A stretch of DNA of 64,000 nucleotides from Cenarchaeum sp. GTDB taxonomy: Archaea; Thermoproteota; Nitrososphaeria; Nitrososphaerales; Nitrosopumilaceae. The stretch spans positions 800,001-864,000 of the forward strand of contig OZ242221.1 of the NCBI GenBank assembly GCA_965206845.1, read 5' to 3'. Below, piece by piece: positions 39,590-49,700 of the stretch. A program made the translations under genes and the position numbers. Each line of letters opens with the position of its first letter. The stretch's first letter is position 1. Below the pieces are notes generated by a model. It had not been told where the DNA came from. It saw nothing but the letters and a program-made list of their open reading frames with translations, and did not search any database.

Positions 39590-39751
39590 GTGTCAGTCGA
39601 TGTAATCTGTGGAAAGTGTGGCAGCAAGATTACCAGCATGAAGACACTCAAGCCGATAAAGGAGTTAATGAACACGCATAAGGGCAAGTGCCCCTCCTGT
39701 GGACACGCCGTGTCGACGTCGGAGTTTACCTTGGATGTTCAGGACAGGTAG
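39590..39751 (+). CDS. 53-aa Zn-ribbon protein (below ORF-track cutoff)
   Basis: GTG..TAG gives MSVDVICGKCGSKITSMKTLKPIKELMNTHKGKCPSCGHAVSTSEFTLDVQDR. TATA-like CTTAATTA upstream. Confidence 0.75.
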   Translation: MSVDVICGKCGSKITSMKTLKPIKELMNTHKGKCPSCGHAVSTSEFTLDVQDR

Positions 39752-39810
39752 GGGAACCGGCAGGCGCCGGCCACTACGCGCACCCCCACATGCACAAAAG
39801 AGCGCAGGCG

Positions 39811-41826
39811 CTATTGAACGGCCGGCCTTATCTGTGGCCTGAAGAAGGAGAGTAGCTCCGAGGCCCTCTCAATGGCATTCCTGACCGCTTCGGGATCAGA
39901 CCCCCGGCCGAACTCCAAGTCTGTCACTAGCCCGCCGCCAAACATCTCTGCGAGCCTGCTGATCTCAAGGATGTCTTCGCTCTCTGCAGAGTACTCGCCC
40001 ATCCGGGAACCATCAAGGGAGGTGCCCGTGCTGTAGGCCGGGCCGTCGAGGATTTTTTGAAGTGCGGCCTTGCCGAACTTGTCACCGTCAAGGGATGCAA
40101 GTCTTGCCGCACCGTCGCTCTCCACCATGCAGATTCTAATGTCGTCACCGCTCGCCTTGCTGCCCTTCTTTGCCACATCTGACGCGGTATTGATCACGCC
40201 GCGCAGTATGTTGCGCCCGTCCTTGTTGTCTTCATACCCCAGAATCCCAAAGACCGCCTCGTGCAGTCCGATCAGGTTCAGCGTCATGGATACGCTTCCG
40301 TGCTGCATGTGCTGGGTGTTTTTTACAAGCAGGGGGTTCAGCCCTTTCCTGATCAAGTCTGTAACGTGCCTGCGCCGGATGGACATGGCCTCCAGCACCG
40401 GCTTCATCAGGATGACCAGGTTGGCCCTAAAGTACATCTCGTCCTTGTTGGATTCAAGAGCCAGTCTTGGCAGGTTGATGGAGATGGAACCCAGGTGAAC
40501 CGATGTGGGATCCTTACCCCTGGCAGCGCATGCAACCCCCCCGGCCGATGTCTGCCCCTTTACAAACGCAACATGCCCGCCGAGACAGATGATCTCTGCC
40601 AGCCTTTCAGACATGTCGGTGATGCCTGCCCTGTCATAATCTATGATGAGGCCGATCTTTGGGGATGCGGTGATCTCTGCGTATCTTTTGTACGCCTCCA
40701 GAATCGTGGAGGTAACCTCTGGACTCTCACCCATCACGAGCCGGAACGAGACGATGGCCGGCTTTTCATTATACCTTGAGACGGTGGATGCGGCCGCAAA
40801 CGCACAAGCCATCTTTTGCTCCACATCTGGGAGCATCCCGGCGTACTCTGAGAGCAGCGGAACGAGTCCGTCCATAACCACCTCCTGAGATGCCTCTTTG
40901 TTGGATAGGGAGATCGACATCGATATCAGTGAGGACAGTTCGTCCAGGTTTTTGGCCGCCGGCAGCCTGGAGACATCATGGAGCTTGTCGCCTATGTCGA
41001 TACCGTTCTCCACCAGCTTTCTCACATCGAAGAAGACTATGTCAGGCAGCAGGGACCAGAGTCCGGGATTTGTAATGTGCAGGTCCCCGGAGAGGTAGGC
41101 GTCGGCCACATCCTTGGAGAGGTTGTTCGTAAGCAGGAGCTCCGAATGAATGACCTGGCCTGCCCTCAGCAGCAGATCTTCTGTGCTGCCGCCGTCGGTG
41201 TAATCCACATTTGTCATCGTCTCCTGCACATCATAAACCGGGAGTCCCAGTCTGGCAAGCCTGCTCCGGTACTCCTCGTGGCCGTGCTCCAGAAGGACCG
41301 AGTTTACCATCTCCCGGATGAGCGAGCTGGTAAGATGTGTAGTCTGATACTTGTATATGCGGTTCTCCACCTCCTCCGTAATCTTCTGCGCCAGCTCCAG
41401 CGGAAGGCCCCCCTCCCGAACCAGGGACTGTGTTATCTTGTGCGAGTTGAACTCCTCAATGGACCAGCGGGACGTTCTGACGTACATCTTGCCCGCCTCG
41501 ATTATGGATCTCTCCTCGATCTGCCTTGCAAGGCTGAGAACGAGCTTGCCCAGATTGGTAATCGTGTACTTCTTCTCGGATTTGTTCAGTGCAACCAGGG
41601 ACTGCTTGAGCAGTTTTCTTAGGTGGTATGCAAACTTGCCGCTCTCCTTTTTTGACCTGAACCCGGCATGTGACTTTAGCTCCGAGTATGTGAGAGGGCC
41701 TTTGGAGTTTAGGATTCGTAGGATGTCGATTCTGTTGGGGCTTGCCATGACCGAGAAGATCATTTTTACGCGCTTGGAGGTAGAGCGGATTATTCCGCCC
41801 CTTCCGGGTGCTTCTGATGCCATCAC
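39811..41826 (-). CDS. ArsR-like HTH + ATP-cone + degenerate class III RNR (NrdD-like) fusion
   Basis: R..IL..L...GPLTYSEL..FAYHL..L, then VRTS...EEFN..KI..SL.RE (cone), SGDLHI and SINLPRLA. No C-terminal Zn site or RxxGY. Confidence 0.8.
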   Translation of the reverse strand: MMASEAPGRGGIIRSTSKRVKMIFSVMASPNRIDILRILNSKGPLTYSELKSHAGFRSKKESGKFAYHLRKLLKQSLVALNKSEKKYTITNLGKLVLSLARQIEERSIIEAGKMYVRTSRWSIEEFNSHKITQSLVREGGLPLELAQKITEEVENRIYKYQTTHLTSSLIREMVNSVLLEHGHEEYRSRLARLGLPVYDVQETMTNVDYTDGGSTEDLLLRAGQVIHSELLLTNNLSKDVADAYLSGDLHITNPGLWSLLPDIVFFDVRKLVENGIDIGDKLHDVSRLPAAKNLDELSSLISMSISLSNKEASQEVVMDGLVPLLSEYAGMLPDVEQKMACAFAAASTVSRYNEKPAIVSFRLVMGESPEVTSTILEAYKRYAEITASPKIGLIIDYDRAGITDMSERLAEIICLGGHVAFVKGQTSAGGVACAARGKDPTSVHLGSISINLPRLALESNKDEMYFRANLVILMKPVLEAMSIRRRHVTDLIRKGLNPLLVKNTQHMQHGSVSMTLNLIGLHEAVFGILGYEDNKDGRNILRGVINTASDVAKKGSKASGDDIRICMVESDGAARLASLDGDKFGKAALQKILDGPAYSTGTSLDGSRMGEYSAESEDILEISRLAEMFGGGLVTDLEFGRGSDPEAVRNAIERASELLSFFRPQIRPAVQ

Positions 41827-42415
41827 AGTCGCTCCCGGCAGCTGAACCCGGAGGCGGGGTAGATTACTCCGATCCTTCCGGATCGCGCCATCTCTTCAGA
41901 CTCCACGTGTCTGCTATGAATCATGGACTAATTTAAGATTATTACTTTGTCCCGGGCCTCTCTGGATCCGGCATGGCAGGTTTGGGAGGCTCCGTGGATC
42001 CCTGACCGGTGCCTGCCACATGACCCGGCCCGTGTGACCAATCCGGGGGCCGTCTGCAGGCCCTGCCTCCGCCCCATACGTCGATCATGCCGCCGCCCCC
42101 TTGCGTGCGATGCCGTCTAGGGCGCCCGTGGCCGACTCCCGTGGCATGGCCAACCGCGCCGCGGTGCGGCCGCCTGCGCCTGCAGATCTCGCGCTTGAAC
42201 CCGCGGGCGTCCAACCCCATGTCGTTTCACGCGTCCATACTGTCTTGCGCATGGGCTGTCACAGGCCCGAAATCCCTCTGTCCTGCGATGCCCGTTTTTT
42301 GCACCATTATACGATGCAGCATAAAGATTTTGACGTATGCGGGAACAGAATATCTGGTTTTTTGATTGAATCGGGGGCTGGTTTTGGACGGCCTAGACGG
42401 CGCTGTGATCCAATC

Positions 42416-42439
42416 TGTCACACGAAAATCGTGTTGACA
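42416..42439. promoter_or_regulatory. Inverted repeat TGTCACACGA-AAA-TCGTGTTGACA upstream of nrdJ (candidate operator)
   Basis: Near-perfect palindrome about 110 nt upstream of the nrdJ start in an AT-rich tract. Confidence 0.45.
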
Positions 42440-42547
42440 ATGTCGTAATTCATATCTGAACACAAAAATAACATCCAGGTACGAGCTCAAACAGACGTAA
42501 AACGTATTCAAAATCTTAATTAACACATTTGTTTACGTCTTAGTTAC

Positions 42548-45199
42548 TTGTTGAACTCACAAACTAATGAACCAACCATACTCTCAGTTCGAAAGCGTGA
42601 CGGCAGTGTCATGGGGTTCGACCAAGAGAAGATATCAAACGCCATCTACAAGGCAATGTTTGCCACATCCAACCCCGACCGCGGCGTGGCCGAGCAGCTG
42701 ACAAAGCATGTCGTGGAGAAGCTCATGCAGCAGGGGTTCTCGGCCGATCGGCCGCCCAGCGTCGAGACCATTCAGGACATGGTAGAGACCACACTGATCG
42801 AGCGGGGACACAGCGAGATCGCCAAGGCCTACATTCTGTACCGGCACGAACGAAGGAAGGTAAGGGAAGAGAAGATGAGGATCCTCAACACAAAGGATCT
42901 TGATCCCGTGGCAAAAAGATTCGACACCAACTCCCTGCGCGTCCTTGCCTCCAGGTACCTTCTAAGAAACAACAAGAACGAGATCGTCGAGGGCCCGGAG
43001 GAGATGTTTAAGAGGGTTGCAACGCTTGTTGCCATCGGCGATCTCATATACAGCCAGCAGATATTCACAATAAATGGCAACCAGAAGCAGAGTATCAAGG
43101 AGGCCCAGGCGTATCTTGAAAAACTGGACGACTTTGACTACAAGCTCAGGATTGGCAATTACTACCTCAACAAGTTTCACCTGCGGTCCCTAATCAACTG
43201 CTACGTATACCTTGCCCGCGGCGGACACATGACCAAGAGCTTCAAGGAGCTGATGAGGATGATCGCCGCCAAGAAGTTTAACAGCTATGCTGAGAAGATA
43301 GACGAGTACTTTAAGCTGATGGCCTACCAGGACTTTCTGCCAAACTCCCCAACGATGATGAATGCAGGAGCCCGGCTGGGGCAGCTCTCTGCGTGCTTTG
43401 TGCTGGACATGCCCGATGACATGGGGGGAATTATGAAGACCACGTCCGACGCGGCCATGATCTTCAAGTCCGGCGGCGGAGTCGGAATCAACTACTCTGG
43501 CCTGCGCCAGGAAGGCGACATAGTCGCATCCACGTCTGGTGTGGCATCGGGTCCCGTATCGTTCATGAATATAATAAATTCTGTGACCGAGGTGGTAAAG
43601 CAGGGCGGAAAACGGCGCGGCGCGAACATGGGAATCATGGAGGTGTGGCACCCGGATATTGAAAAGTTTGTCACCAACAAGACCGAGCCCGGCATTCTTG
43701 AGAACTTTAACGTCAGCGTGGGACTCTGGGAGGACTTTTGGGATACGCTGCTCAACACGCGCGAGGGCAAGTATGCGCTTCGCTCCCCGCGTGACAGGAG
43801 CCCCGTCAAGGAGGTAAACGCCCGCCGCCTGATTGACCTGATTGCGCTGTCTGCGTGGAAGAGTGCAGAGCCCGGACTGATCTTCTTTGATCAGATCAAC
43901 CGGTACAACGTATTTGCAAAGGCAAGAGGGGGCCCGCTTCGCGCAACAAATCCCTGCGGAGAGCAGAGCCTGTATCCGTACGAATCCTGCAATCTGGGAT
44001 CCATCAATCTGGCAAACCTGGTGAAGAGAAAGGCCGACGGGGAGTACGAGTTTGACTGGCAGAGATACGAGGAGACCGTCAGAAAGACCACCAGGTTTCT
44101 GGACAGCGTAATAGATGTGAACCTCTACCCGGTGCCTGAGATTGACGCGGCGTCCAAGGAGTCCCGCAGGATCGGGCTGGGCGTGATGGGGGTGGCAGAC
44201 CTTCTCTACAAGCTACGCATACCGTACAACTCCGAGGAGGGATACGATCTGCAGAACAAGCTGGCCGAGGCACTGACGTACTATTCCATGGAGGAGAGTG
44301 TTGCCCTTGCCAAGGCCCGCGGCAGGTTTCCGCTGTGCCCGAAGACCGAGTACCCCGACGGGAAGATCCCGGTTGCCGGCTACTATGAGAAGCCAAAGGA
44401 GCAGCACAGGTACGAATGGGACACGCTCATAGACAGAATCAAGGAGCACGGAATCAGAAACGTGCTGACGACCACCGTTGCCCCCACCGGAACCCTTTCC
44501 ATGATCGCAAGCTGTTCAAACGGAATGGAGCCCACATTTGCCCTTGCCTATGAGAAGAGGGTGACCGTGGGCAAGTTCTTCTACGCCAACTCGATAATAA
44601 AACAGATGCTTGAGGAAGACAACCTGTACACCGATGAGATACTTGCAAAGATTGCAGACAACTACGGCTCCCTCAAGGGAATACCGGAGATTCCCGAGTG
44701 GATGCAGAAGATCTTTGTCACGGCAATAGACATTCACTGGTCGGACCATCTGATGGCACAGCAGGTGTGGCAGCAGTGGATAGGAAACGCGATAGCAAAG
44801 ACCATCAACATGCCACACGACGTACTGCCAGAGGATGTCGCAGCCGCATATCTTCTTGCACACGAGCTTGGGCTGAAGGGGATCACGGTCTACAGGGACG
44901 GTTCAAGGCACAAGCAGGTTCTGCACATAACCAACAAGAACACCGAGAAGAACTTTGATGTGGTGCCTTCGCAGGTGGTGACCGACTTTGTATCCCAGAA
45001 TATAACAAACCAGTACATGCGGGACCAGATAAACAACTCGCTGAAGATCAGGCCCGGCGAGGACATCATTGCGACTCACAATATCGCCGAAAGCGTACCC
45101 GAGGGAAGCCTGTGCCCTGAGTGCAAGAACAACCTCATCTTCGCCGAGGGCTGCAGCCTCTGCATCGAGTGCGGATACAGCCACTGCACGTCAGGATAG
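42548..45199 (+). CDS. nrdJ: Adenosylcobalamin-dependent (class II) ribonucleotide reductase with N-terminal ATP cone
   Basis: VRKRDG cone, PNSPT.MN, LSACFV, TNPCGEQ, APTGT and C-terminal CPEC..EGC..C..CGYS.C. Confidence 0.95.
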   Translation: MLNSQTNEPTILSVRKRDGSVMGFDQEKISNAIYKAMFATSNPDRGVAEQLTKHVVEKLMQQGFSADRPPSVETIQDMVETTLIERGHSEIAKAYILYRHERRKVREEKMRILNTKDLDPVAKRFDTNSLRVLASRYLLRNNKNEIVEGPEEMFKRVATLVAIGDLIYSQQIFTINGNQKQSIKEAQAYLEKLDDFDYKLRIGNYYLNKFHLRSLINCYVYLARGGHMTKSFKELMRMIAAKKFNSYAEKIDEYFKLMAYQDFLPNSPTMMNAGARLGQLSACFVLDMPDDMGGIMKTTSDAAMIFKSGGGVGINYSGLRQEGDIVASTSGVASGPVSFMNIINSVTEVVKQGGKRRGANMGIMEVWHPDIEKFVTNKTEPGILENFNVSVGLWEDFWDTLLNTREGKYALRSPRDRSPVKEVNARRLIDLIALSAWKSAEPGLIFFDQINRYNVFAKARGGPLRATNPCGEQSLYPYESCNLGSINLANLVKRKADGEYEFDWQRYEETVRKTTRFLDSVIDVNLYPVPEIDAASKESRRIGLGVMGVADLLYKLRIPYNSEEGYDLQNKLAEALTYYSMEESVALAKARGRFPLCPKTEYPDGKIPVAGYYEKPKEQHRYEWDTLIDRIKEHGIRNVLTTTVAPTGTLSMIASCSNGMEPTFALAYEKRVTVGKFFYANSIIKQMLEEDNLYTDEILAKIADNYGSLKGIPEIPEWMQKIFVTAIDIHWSDHLMAQQVWQQWIGNAIAKTINMPHDVLPEDVAAAYLLAHELGLKGITVYRDGSRHKQVLHITNKNTEKNFDVVPSQVVTDFVSQNITNQYMRDQINNSLKIRPGEDIIATHNIAESVPEGSLCPECKNNLIFAEGCSLCIECGYSHCTSG

Positions 45200-45294
45200 G
45201 CGTACACCATCAGATCCATGCCCGACATCACAAGCTATGCGGGCAACGAAAGGCCGGCATGGGCCGAGCTCAGGAATGACATCTCCGGGTAGCC

Positions 45295-45963
45295 TTGCTC
45301 TCCCTGATCTTTGCCGAGTCATCGCTGGAGCTGGTACCCAGGGAACTTCAGGCCCACCGCTCCGTGGTGTCGCACGCAAGAAGGCTGGGAAAGAGGCCCG
45401 GCGAGATCCTGCTTGATGTCTCCTGGCACTACGCGGCCATGCGTGGAATCAAAGACGGGATGAAGCGCGGCAGGCCCGACCTGATCCACATGTGCCTGCA
45501 GAATGCATGCAGCACGCCGCTGTACCTCAGGGGAGGCCTGACGATATACGTACACACCATATCAGGCAGGGTGATCACAGTTGGCAGCGGCATCCGCCTG
45601 CCAAAATCGTACCACCGCTTCGCGGGACTGATGGAGAGGCTTTTTCTGGACGGATCCGTCGAGCACGAGGGCAGGAGGATGCTGGATCTTGACACGATGA
45701 GCCTTGCAGAGGTGGTAGAAGAGATCCGGCCCGGCGCCATACTTGGGCTGTCAACCCTGGGCGACAGGATCCAGCTGCCACGACTGGCATCAGAACTGGC
45801 CGGAGGCTCGTGCGTAGTAATAGGCGGATTTCAGAGGGGGCACTTTGCCCCGCATGTGAGCAGCGTCATGGACGCGACGTACAGAATTGGCGACGACCCG
45901 CTTGAGGCCCATGTGGTCACGAGCCGGGTGCTCTACGAGTATGAAAAGACGGTTTTTATGTAG
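45295..45963 (+). CDS. nep1: 16S rRNA pseudouridine N1-methyltransferase Nep1
   Basis: LE.VP, LLD.S.H..AM, RGRPD..H, RLPK.Y.RF.GLM, IGGF..G.F. Confidence 0.92.
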   Translation: MLSLIFAESSLELVPRELQAHRSVVSHARRLGKRPGEILLDVSWHYAAMRGIKDGMKRGRPDLIHMCLQNACSTPLYLRGGLTIYVHTISGRVITVGSGIRLPKSYHRFAGLMERLFLDGSVEHEGRRMLDLDTMSLAEVVEEIRPGAILGLSTLGDRIQLPRLASELAGGSCVVIGGFQRGHFAPHVSSVMDATYRIGDDPLEAHVVTSRVLYEYEKTVFM

Positions 45964-45983
45964 CGCGCAAAACGGCTCCCTAG

Positions 45984-46056
45984 GCGGTCATAGTATAGCC
46001 TGGCAGTACGCTGGCCTTCCAAGCCCGTTACCCGGGTTCAAATCCCGGTGACCGCA
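45984..46056 (+). tRNA. tRNA-Gly (anticodon TCC), no intron, CCA not encoded
   Basis: GCGGTCA/TGACCGC acceptor stem, D arm with TGG, CT-TCC-AA loop and CCGGG-TTCAAAT-CCCGG T arm. Confidence 0.95.
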
Positions 46057-46111
46057 CTCCAATCAGGGCGGAAATCCCGGCGACCGTATTATACCAAAGC
46101 AGTTATCTTTT

Positions 46112-46432
46112 GTGGTTATATCTGCAGAGATACCATTGAAGGCTACACTTCGAAAGATCGCACTGGAGAGAATGCAGATTCTGATTGAAAATGCGATCTC
46201 CAATGCCAGAACCGACCCGCAGCTGGCGCAGAGGCAGGCCTCCCTGGCGCGGAAGCTGAGCACGCGCCACCGAATCAGGATGCCGTATCACCTCAGGATG
46301 GTCTTCTGTAGGAAGTGCAAGATGTTCATGGCGCCTGGGGTAAACGCCCGGTTCAGGCTGGGCCGCACCCATACCAAATCGATACGCATCACATGCAGCT
46401 TCTGCTGCCATACGTACCGCAAGATGATCTAG
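46112..46432 (+). CDS. rnp4: Ribonuclease P protein component 4 (Rpp21)
   Basis: IALERM..L, A.R...LA, FCRKC..PG..R.R and ITC..C...R. Confidence 0.88.
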   Translation: MVISAEIPLKATLRKIALERMQILIENAISNARTDPQLAQRQASLARKLSTRHRIRMPYHLRMVFCRKCKMFMAPGVNARFRLGRTHTKSIRITCSFCCHTYRKMI

Positions 46433-46581
46433 CCGACCGGCGCCATGGCCTGCAGCACGGTTCGCGGCCGAGCCGGGATCGGGATGCTACACTTTTGCCT
46501 AGTCTGCGTTCTGCAGCAGGGTCACCTCACTGTGCGCAGGTGGGGTTGCGGGGTTCAGATCCGCCTGCAGGTACCAGACGG

Positions 46582-47007
46582 CTAGACCGTCTTTGTCTTT
46601 CTGAGAAGCGCCGTGACTGTCACAATATAGCATGCGGCAGCAACCGTCTCTGATGCCAGGGATGCAAGGTATGGCTCTATGCCGAGCTCGAGAAAGTAGT
46701 ATAACGACGTCCACTTGACTGCCAGATAGACTAGCTCCCCTACTCCAAGAGACGATATCGTGGCTATGAGCTCCTTCTTAATCAGGCCAGACGGCATGCT
46801 TTTGTAGCGCTCCCTGTTGTCAAGATAAAACAGGGACACAAAAACGCCAAAGAAGGCGACATATCCCAAGGCCACTACGAGTGTCGTCTTGAGATAGTTC
46901 TCATAATCTGACAGCACCTGCACGGCCACCACGGTAGTGATTGCCGAGCTTACAAAGCAGATGATAAAAGTCCTGTTGATCTGTAATAGCCGGCGGTTTG
47001 ATTTCAT
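46582..47007 (-). CDS. Hypothetical 4-TM membrane protein (GtrA-like topology)
   Basis: Four hydrophobic segments. Likely start MKSNRRLL. Confidence 0.7.
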   Translation of the reverse strand: MKSNRRLLQINRTFIICFVSSAITTVVAVQVLSDYENYLKTTLVVALGYVAFFGVFVSLFYLDNRERYKSMPSGLIKKELIATISSLGVGELVYLAVKWTSLYYFLELGIEPYLASLASETVAAACYIVTVTALLRKTKTV

Positions 47008-47268
47008 GGTTATGCATTTAGGCGCGGGCGCCAACCGTAGTCGCAGCAGAGATGAAGCCCGGGCGCATGCAGGTATTCCTTGCATCTAATATTTTAAGAT
47101 TGGACGCCAGATTCTGGTGCGGGGTCACTGGGCGTGCCGGGCCCGCGAAGACTCTTCGCATGGACAAACTTGTGCCCGGATGAGGGGGCTGGCCTAGTCC
47201 ACCTGCCGACCCCCGCTGCCGAAAATTTCTTCGCATGGTTAATTATGGCGGGGTGCGTCTGTACGGTG

Positions 47269-47616
47269 ATGCAATACTTTCAGGCGGTTCAGAAGGGACG
47301 GCAGATAGCGGCAGCGTCGCAGATGAGGCTCTTCAACGTAGCGGGCTTTGCCATGCTGACCCTTACCACAAAGAAGGTCGATGGCAAATTCATGCCGGTG
47401 GGAACAGAGGAGTATGCCGCGGTGATCAGGACCCGGGACGGGTTTGTTGCGATACTGGCCGACGAGGACGGCTACACCAAGGCACAGTCAAAGGCATTGG
47501 ACAAGAACGAGGCGTTTGAGATCCTTGACAAGCTGGTACTCTCCGGGATTCCGGAGTTTACGGGAGATGATGTGGAGATCTGGACCGAGCAGTACCCCAG
47601 GGTGCCCCGGGACTAG
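47269..47616 (+). CDS. Hypothetical protein
   Basis: [30 protein letters not shown]. Convergent overlap with the pyrH stop. Confidence 0.7.
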   Translation: MQYFQAVQKGRQIAAASQMRLFNVAGFAMLTLTTKKVDGKFMPVGTEEYAAVIRTRDGFVAILADEDGYTKAQSKALDKNEAFEILDKLVLSGIPEFTGDDVEIWTEQYPRVPRD

Positions 47617-48299
47617 GAATCGCCGGGAAGAACTATCGTGGTACCGACCACGCTGCTGCGGATCGCCTTTTCCAGCGTCTTTATGTCGGCCCCGACTATC
47701 CGGGTTCTTATTCTGGAGCGCTCAATGGTCTTCAGGGATACGATATCCATAAGGTCGTGGCCGCCCGCCGCAGCCCCTTCCTGTATCAGCATCTCCTGCA
47801 GGCGCCCCAACTCGATCCGCCCGAGCATCTTCGCCTCCTTGTGTCTGTTGGGATCCATATCATACACGCCGTCCACATCCGTGGCGTTCAGGAATTCTGC
47901 TGCCCCGACCCTCTCGGCAACAAGCGCGGCGGTTCCGTTGGTGCTCTGGCCCGGATAGAGCCCGCCCGCCACCACCACGAGGCCGCCGTCTGCTGCCTGC
48001 TTTATCTCCTGCAGGGTTGTGGGTGGGTGCGGGTATGCCTTGTCTCCAAGTGCGCAGATCAGGAGCCTGGCGTTCAGTCTGGAGATCTCGATTCCCATCT
48101 CATCTAGCGTGGACTCGTCTGCGCCAGAAGATCTTGCATTGTTTATGTAGTGCCTTGCAATGCTGCCCCCGCCGGCCACTATAATGGGCTGACGGATCTT
48201 GCTGATCCTCAGCAGAAGCGACGCGTAGTCCTTCAGGATCCCGGCCCCGTCTGCACCAAAGACCTTGCCCGATAGTTTGATTACAATTCTCTTCCTCAT
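47613..48299 (-). CDS. pyrH: UMP kinase
   Basis: [34 protein letters not shown]. Confidence 0.95.
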   Translation of the reverse strand: MRKRIVIKLSGKVFGADGAGILKDYASLLLRISKIRQPIIVAGGGSIARHYINNARSSGADESTLDEMGIEISRLNARLLICALGDKAYPHPPTTLQEIKQAADGGLVVVAGGLYPGQSTNGTAALVAERVGAAEFLNATDVDGVYDMDPNRHKEAKMLGRIELGRLQEMLIQEGAAAGGHDLMDIVSLKTIERSRIRTRIVGADIKTLEKAIRSSVVGTTIVLPGDS

Positions 48300-48518
48300 T
48301 ATGCTGTACGACCCAAGATTGATTTTGTAGTAGTGCCGACTTTATTTCTGTTTTGTGTATGACAGGCCGCCCCGGCAGACAGAACACCAAGATCGAGCAA
48401 GAACCGGCAACCGAGCAGGGATCAGCACAGGCAATGTGATGTCGGACATGGCATTGGAGACGAGCCCGGACCGGGCGATGAAAAGTTCTCGCGCCGTGCA
48501 CGGAATAGGGCCATAAGA

Positions 48519-49268
48519 CTAGCCGGTCTGATGCCTGGCGCGCCTATAAGATCGCAGCAGAAGGTATGCCGCAAGTCCTCCCAGCACTATCCCCGCTATC
48601 ACAAGAGCCAGTATCGCCTCCCCGCCGTCAAAAAACGACACACCCGGGCTGCTGTCTAGTACGCCCCCGGCCTGTCCCTCTTGCTGCGCAACCTCCAATG
48701 ATTCCTCAAGGCGTGGCGAGTCCTCCAGTGACTCGGATTCAGAACCCACCGGTGGGGCTGCATCCAGTTGTGCGGGAGAATCAAAACTCCCTTCTGAATT
48801 GAAGACCTCTTCAACCTGGGTTTGGGACTGGTTTTGCAGCAGGGATAATGAGAATAGCGACGCCACCGCCACGACGCCAATTCCAGCAAACTTGTAGATT
48901 GTTTTAAACGAGCGCATTAACAATTTGCTTTCTTTGGCCCGTCCGGACACCTTGGAAGGCAGGATGACGATTGCAAATTTTGTTGTTTTGTAGTACTTCA
49001 TATCATGCGCCTTTACATTTTTGCCAATCCTTGAAACTTTTACCATCCTGACCTCCTGCATTTTGTTCAGATGGTATTTCACCAGCTGCAGGGATATCCC
49101 AGTACTCTGGGCAATCCGGTTTGCGGTCAGCTCTTCCTCAAACAGCAGCTGCAGTATTGCCCTGCTTGAATTGTTTGTCAGTATCTCCCCAATCGATTTT
49201 ATTTTTTCGTCATCGGACAGGAAAATTTCTATCTTGTCTGGCGAATCATCGCTGTTGCTGTCTGGCAT
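48519..49268 (-). CDS. Membrane-tethered ArsR-type HTH transcription regulator
   Basis: R.IL.LL..ELTA..IA....SLQLV.YHL.K wHTH, then TM, acidic linker and second TM + basic tail. Confidence 0.82.
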   Translation of the reverse strand: MPDSNSDDSPDKIEIFLSDDEKIKSIGEILTNNSSRAILQLLFEEELTANRIAQSTGISLQLVKYHLNKMQEVRMVKVSRIGKNVKAHDMKYYKTTKFAIVILPSKVSGRAKESKLLMRSFKTIYKFAGIGVVAVASLFSLSLLQNQSQTQVEEVFNSEGSFDSPAQLDAAPPVGSESESLEDSPRLEESLEVAQQEGQAGGVLDSSPGVSFFDGGEAILALVIAGIVLGGLAAYLLLRSYRRARHQTG

Positions 49269-49364
49269 GACCGTTATGGCACATTCGCGGGAATTGATAC
49301 TAAAGGTTTTGGTAAAATCATGACTTCATCAAACGTTATAATCGCGTTTTACCCATATGTATCA

Positions 49365-49700
49365 ATGAGTAAAAAGACGCACGCGGCAATTGTGGCCACG
49401 GTTTTGACCGTGACGGACATCAACGTGATCAACGCCGAGGGCATCTATTTTGGAAACACCGGCCACGAGGTACAGGCCGGGGCTGGCACGCTTGAAGAGA
49501 CGCTAGATCCCGCCCGAGACCGCGTAGAAATTGCAGAAACTGTACAGCGGATCCACGATGGGGGTTCTGGCGATGTTCTCCTGCCATACAATGGATCGCC
49601 GGGCGCACTCTTGGTTGCCGGGGGCATGTTTGGTGGAGTTATGGCCGCAGTCTTTGCAAGAAGCCGCAGGGGGAGATATGCCGCGCCGGGAATGGGCTAG
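49365..49700 (+). CDS. Small hypothetical protein with C-terminal TM
   Basis: ALLVAGGMFGGVMAAVFARSRRGRY. Overlaps the VWA gene start. Confidence 0.55.
   Translation: MSKKTHAAIVATVLTVTDINVINAEGIYFGNTGHEVQAGAGTLEETLDPARDRVEIAETVQRIHDGGSGDVLLPYNGSPGALLVAGGMFGGVMAAVFARSRRGRYAAPGMG

Noticed and set aside
39811-41826. Functional anaerobic ribonucleotide reductase nrdD
   Set aside because: No glycyl-radical motif, Zn site or activase gene.
41942-42526. Short ORFs in the nrdD-like/nrdJ spacer
   Set aside because: Low-complexity GC-rich translations with no motifs.
3684-45261. Recurring CCGGCATG in GC-rich spacers (3684, 9365, 20484, 41968, 45254)
   Set aside because: Also occurs in coding DNA, the flanks are not similar, and enrichment cannot be established without counting.
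45984-47100. Integrated element at tRNA-Gly
   Set aside because: No integrase or duplicated tRNA 3' end seen, and the neighbours are core genes.
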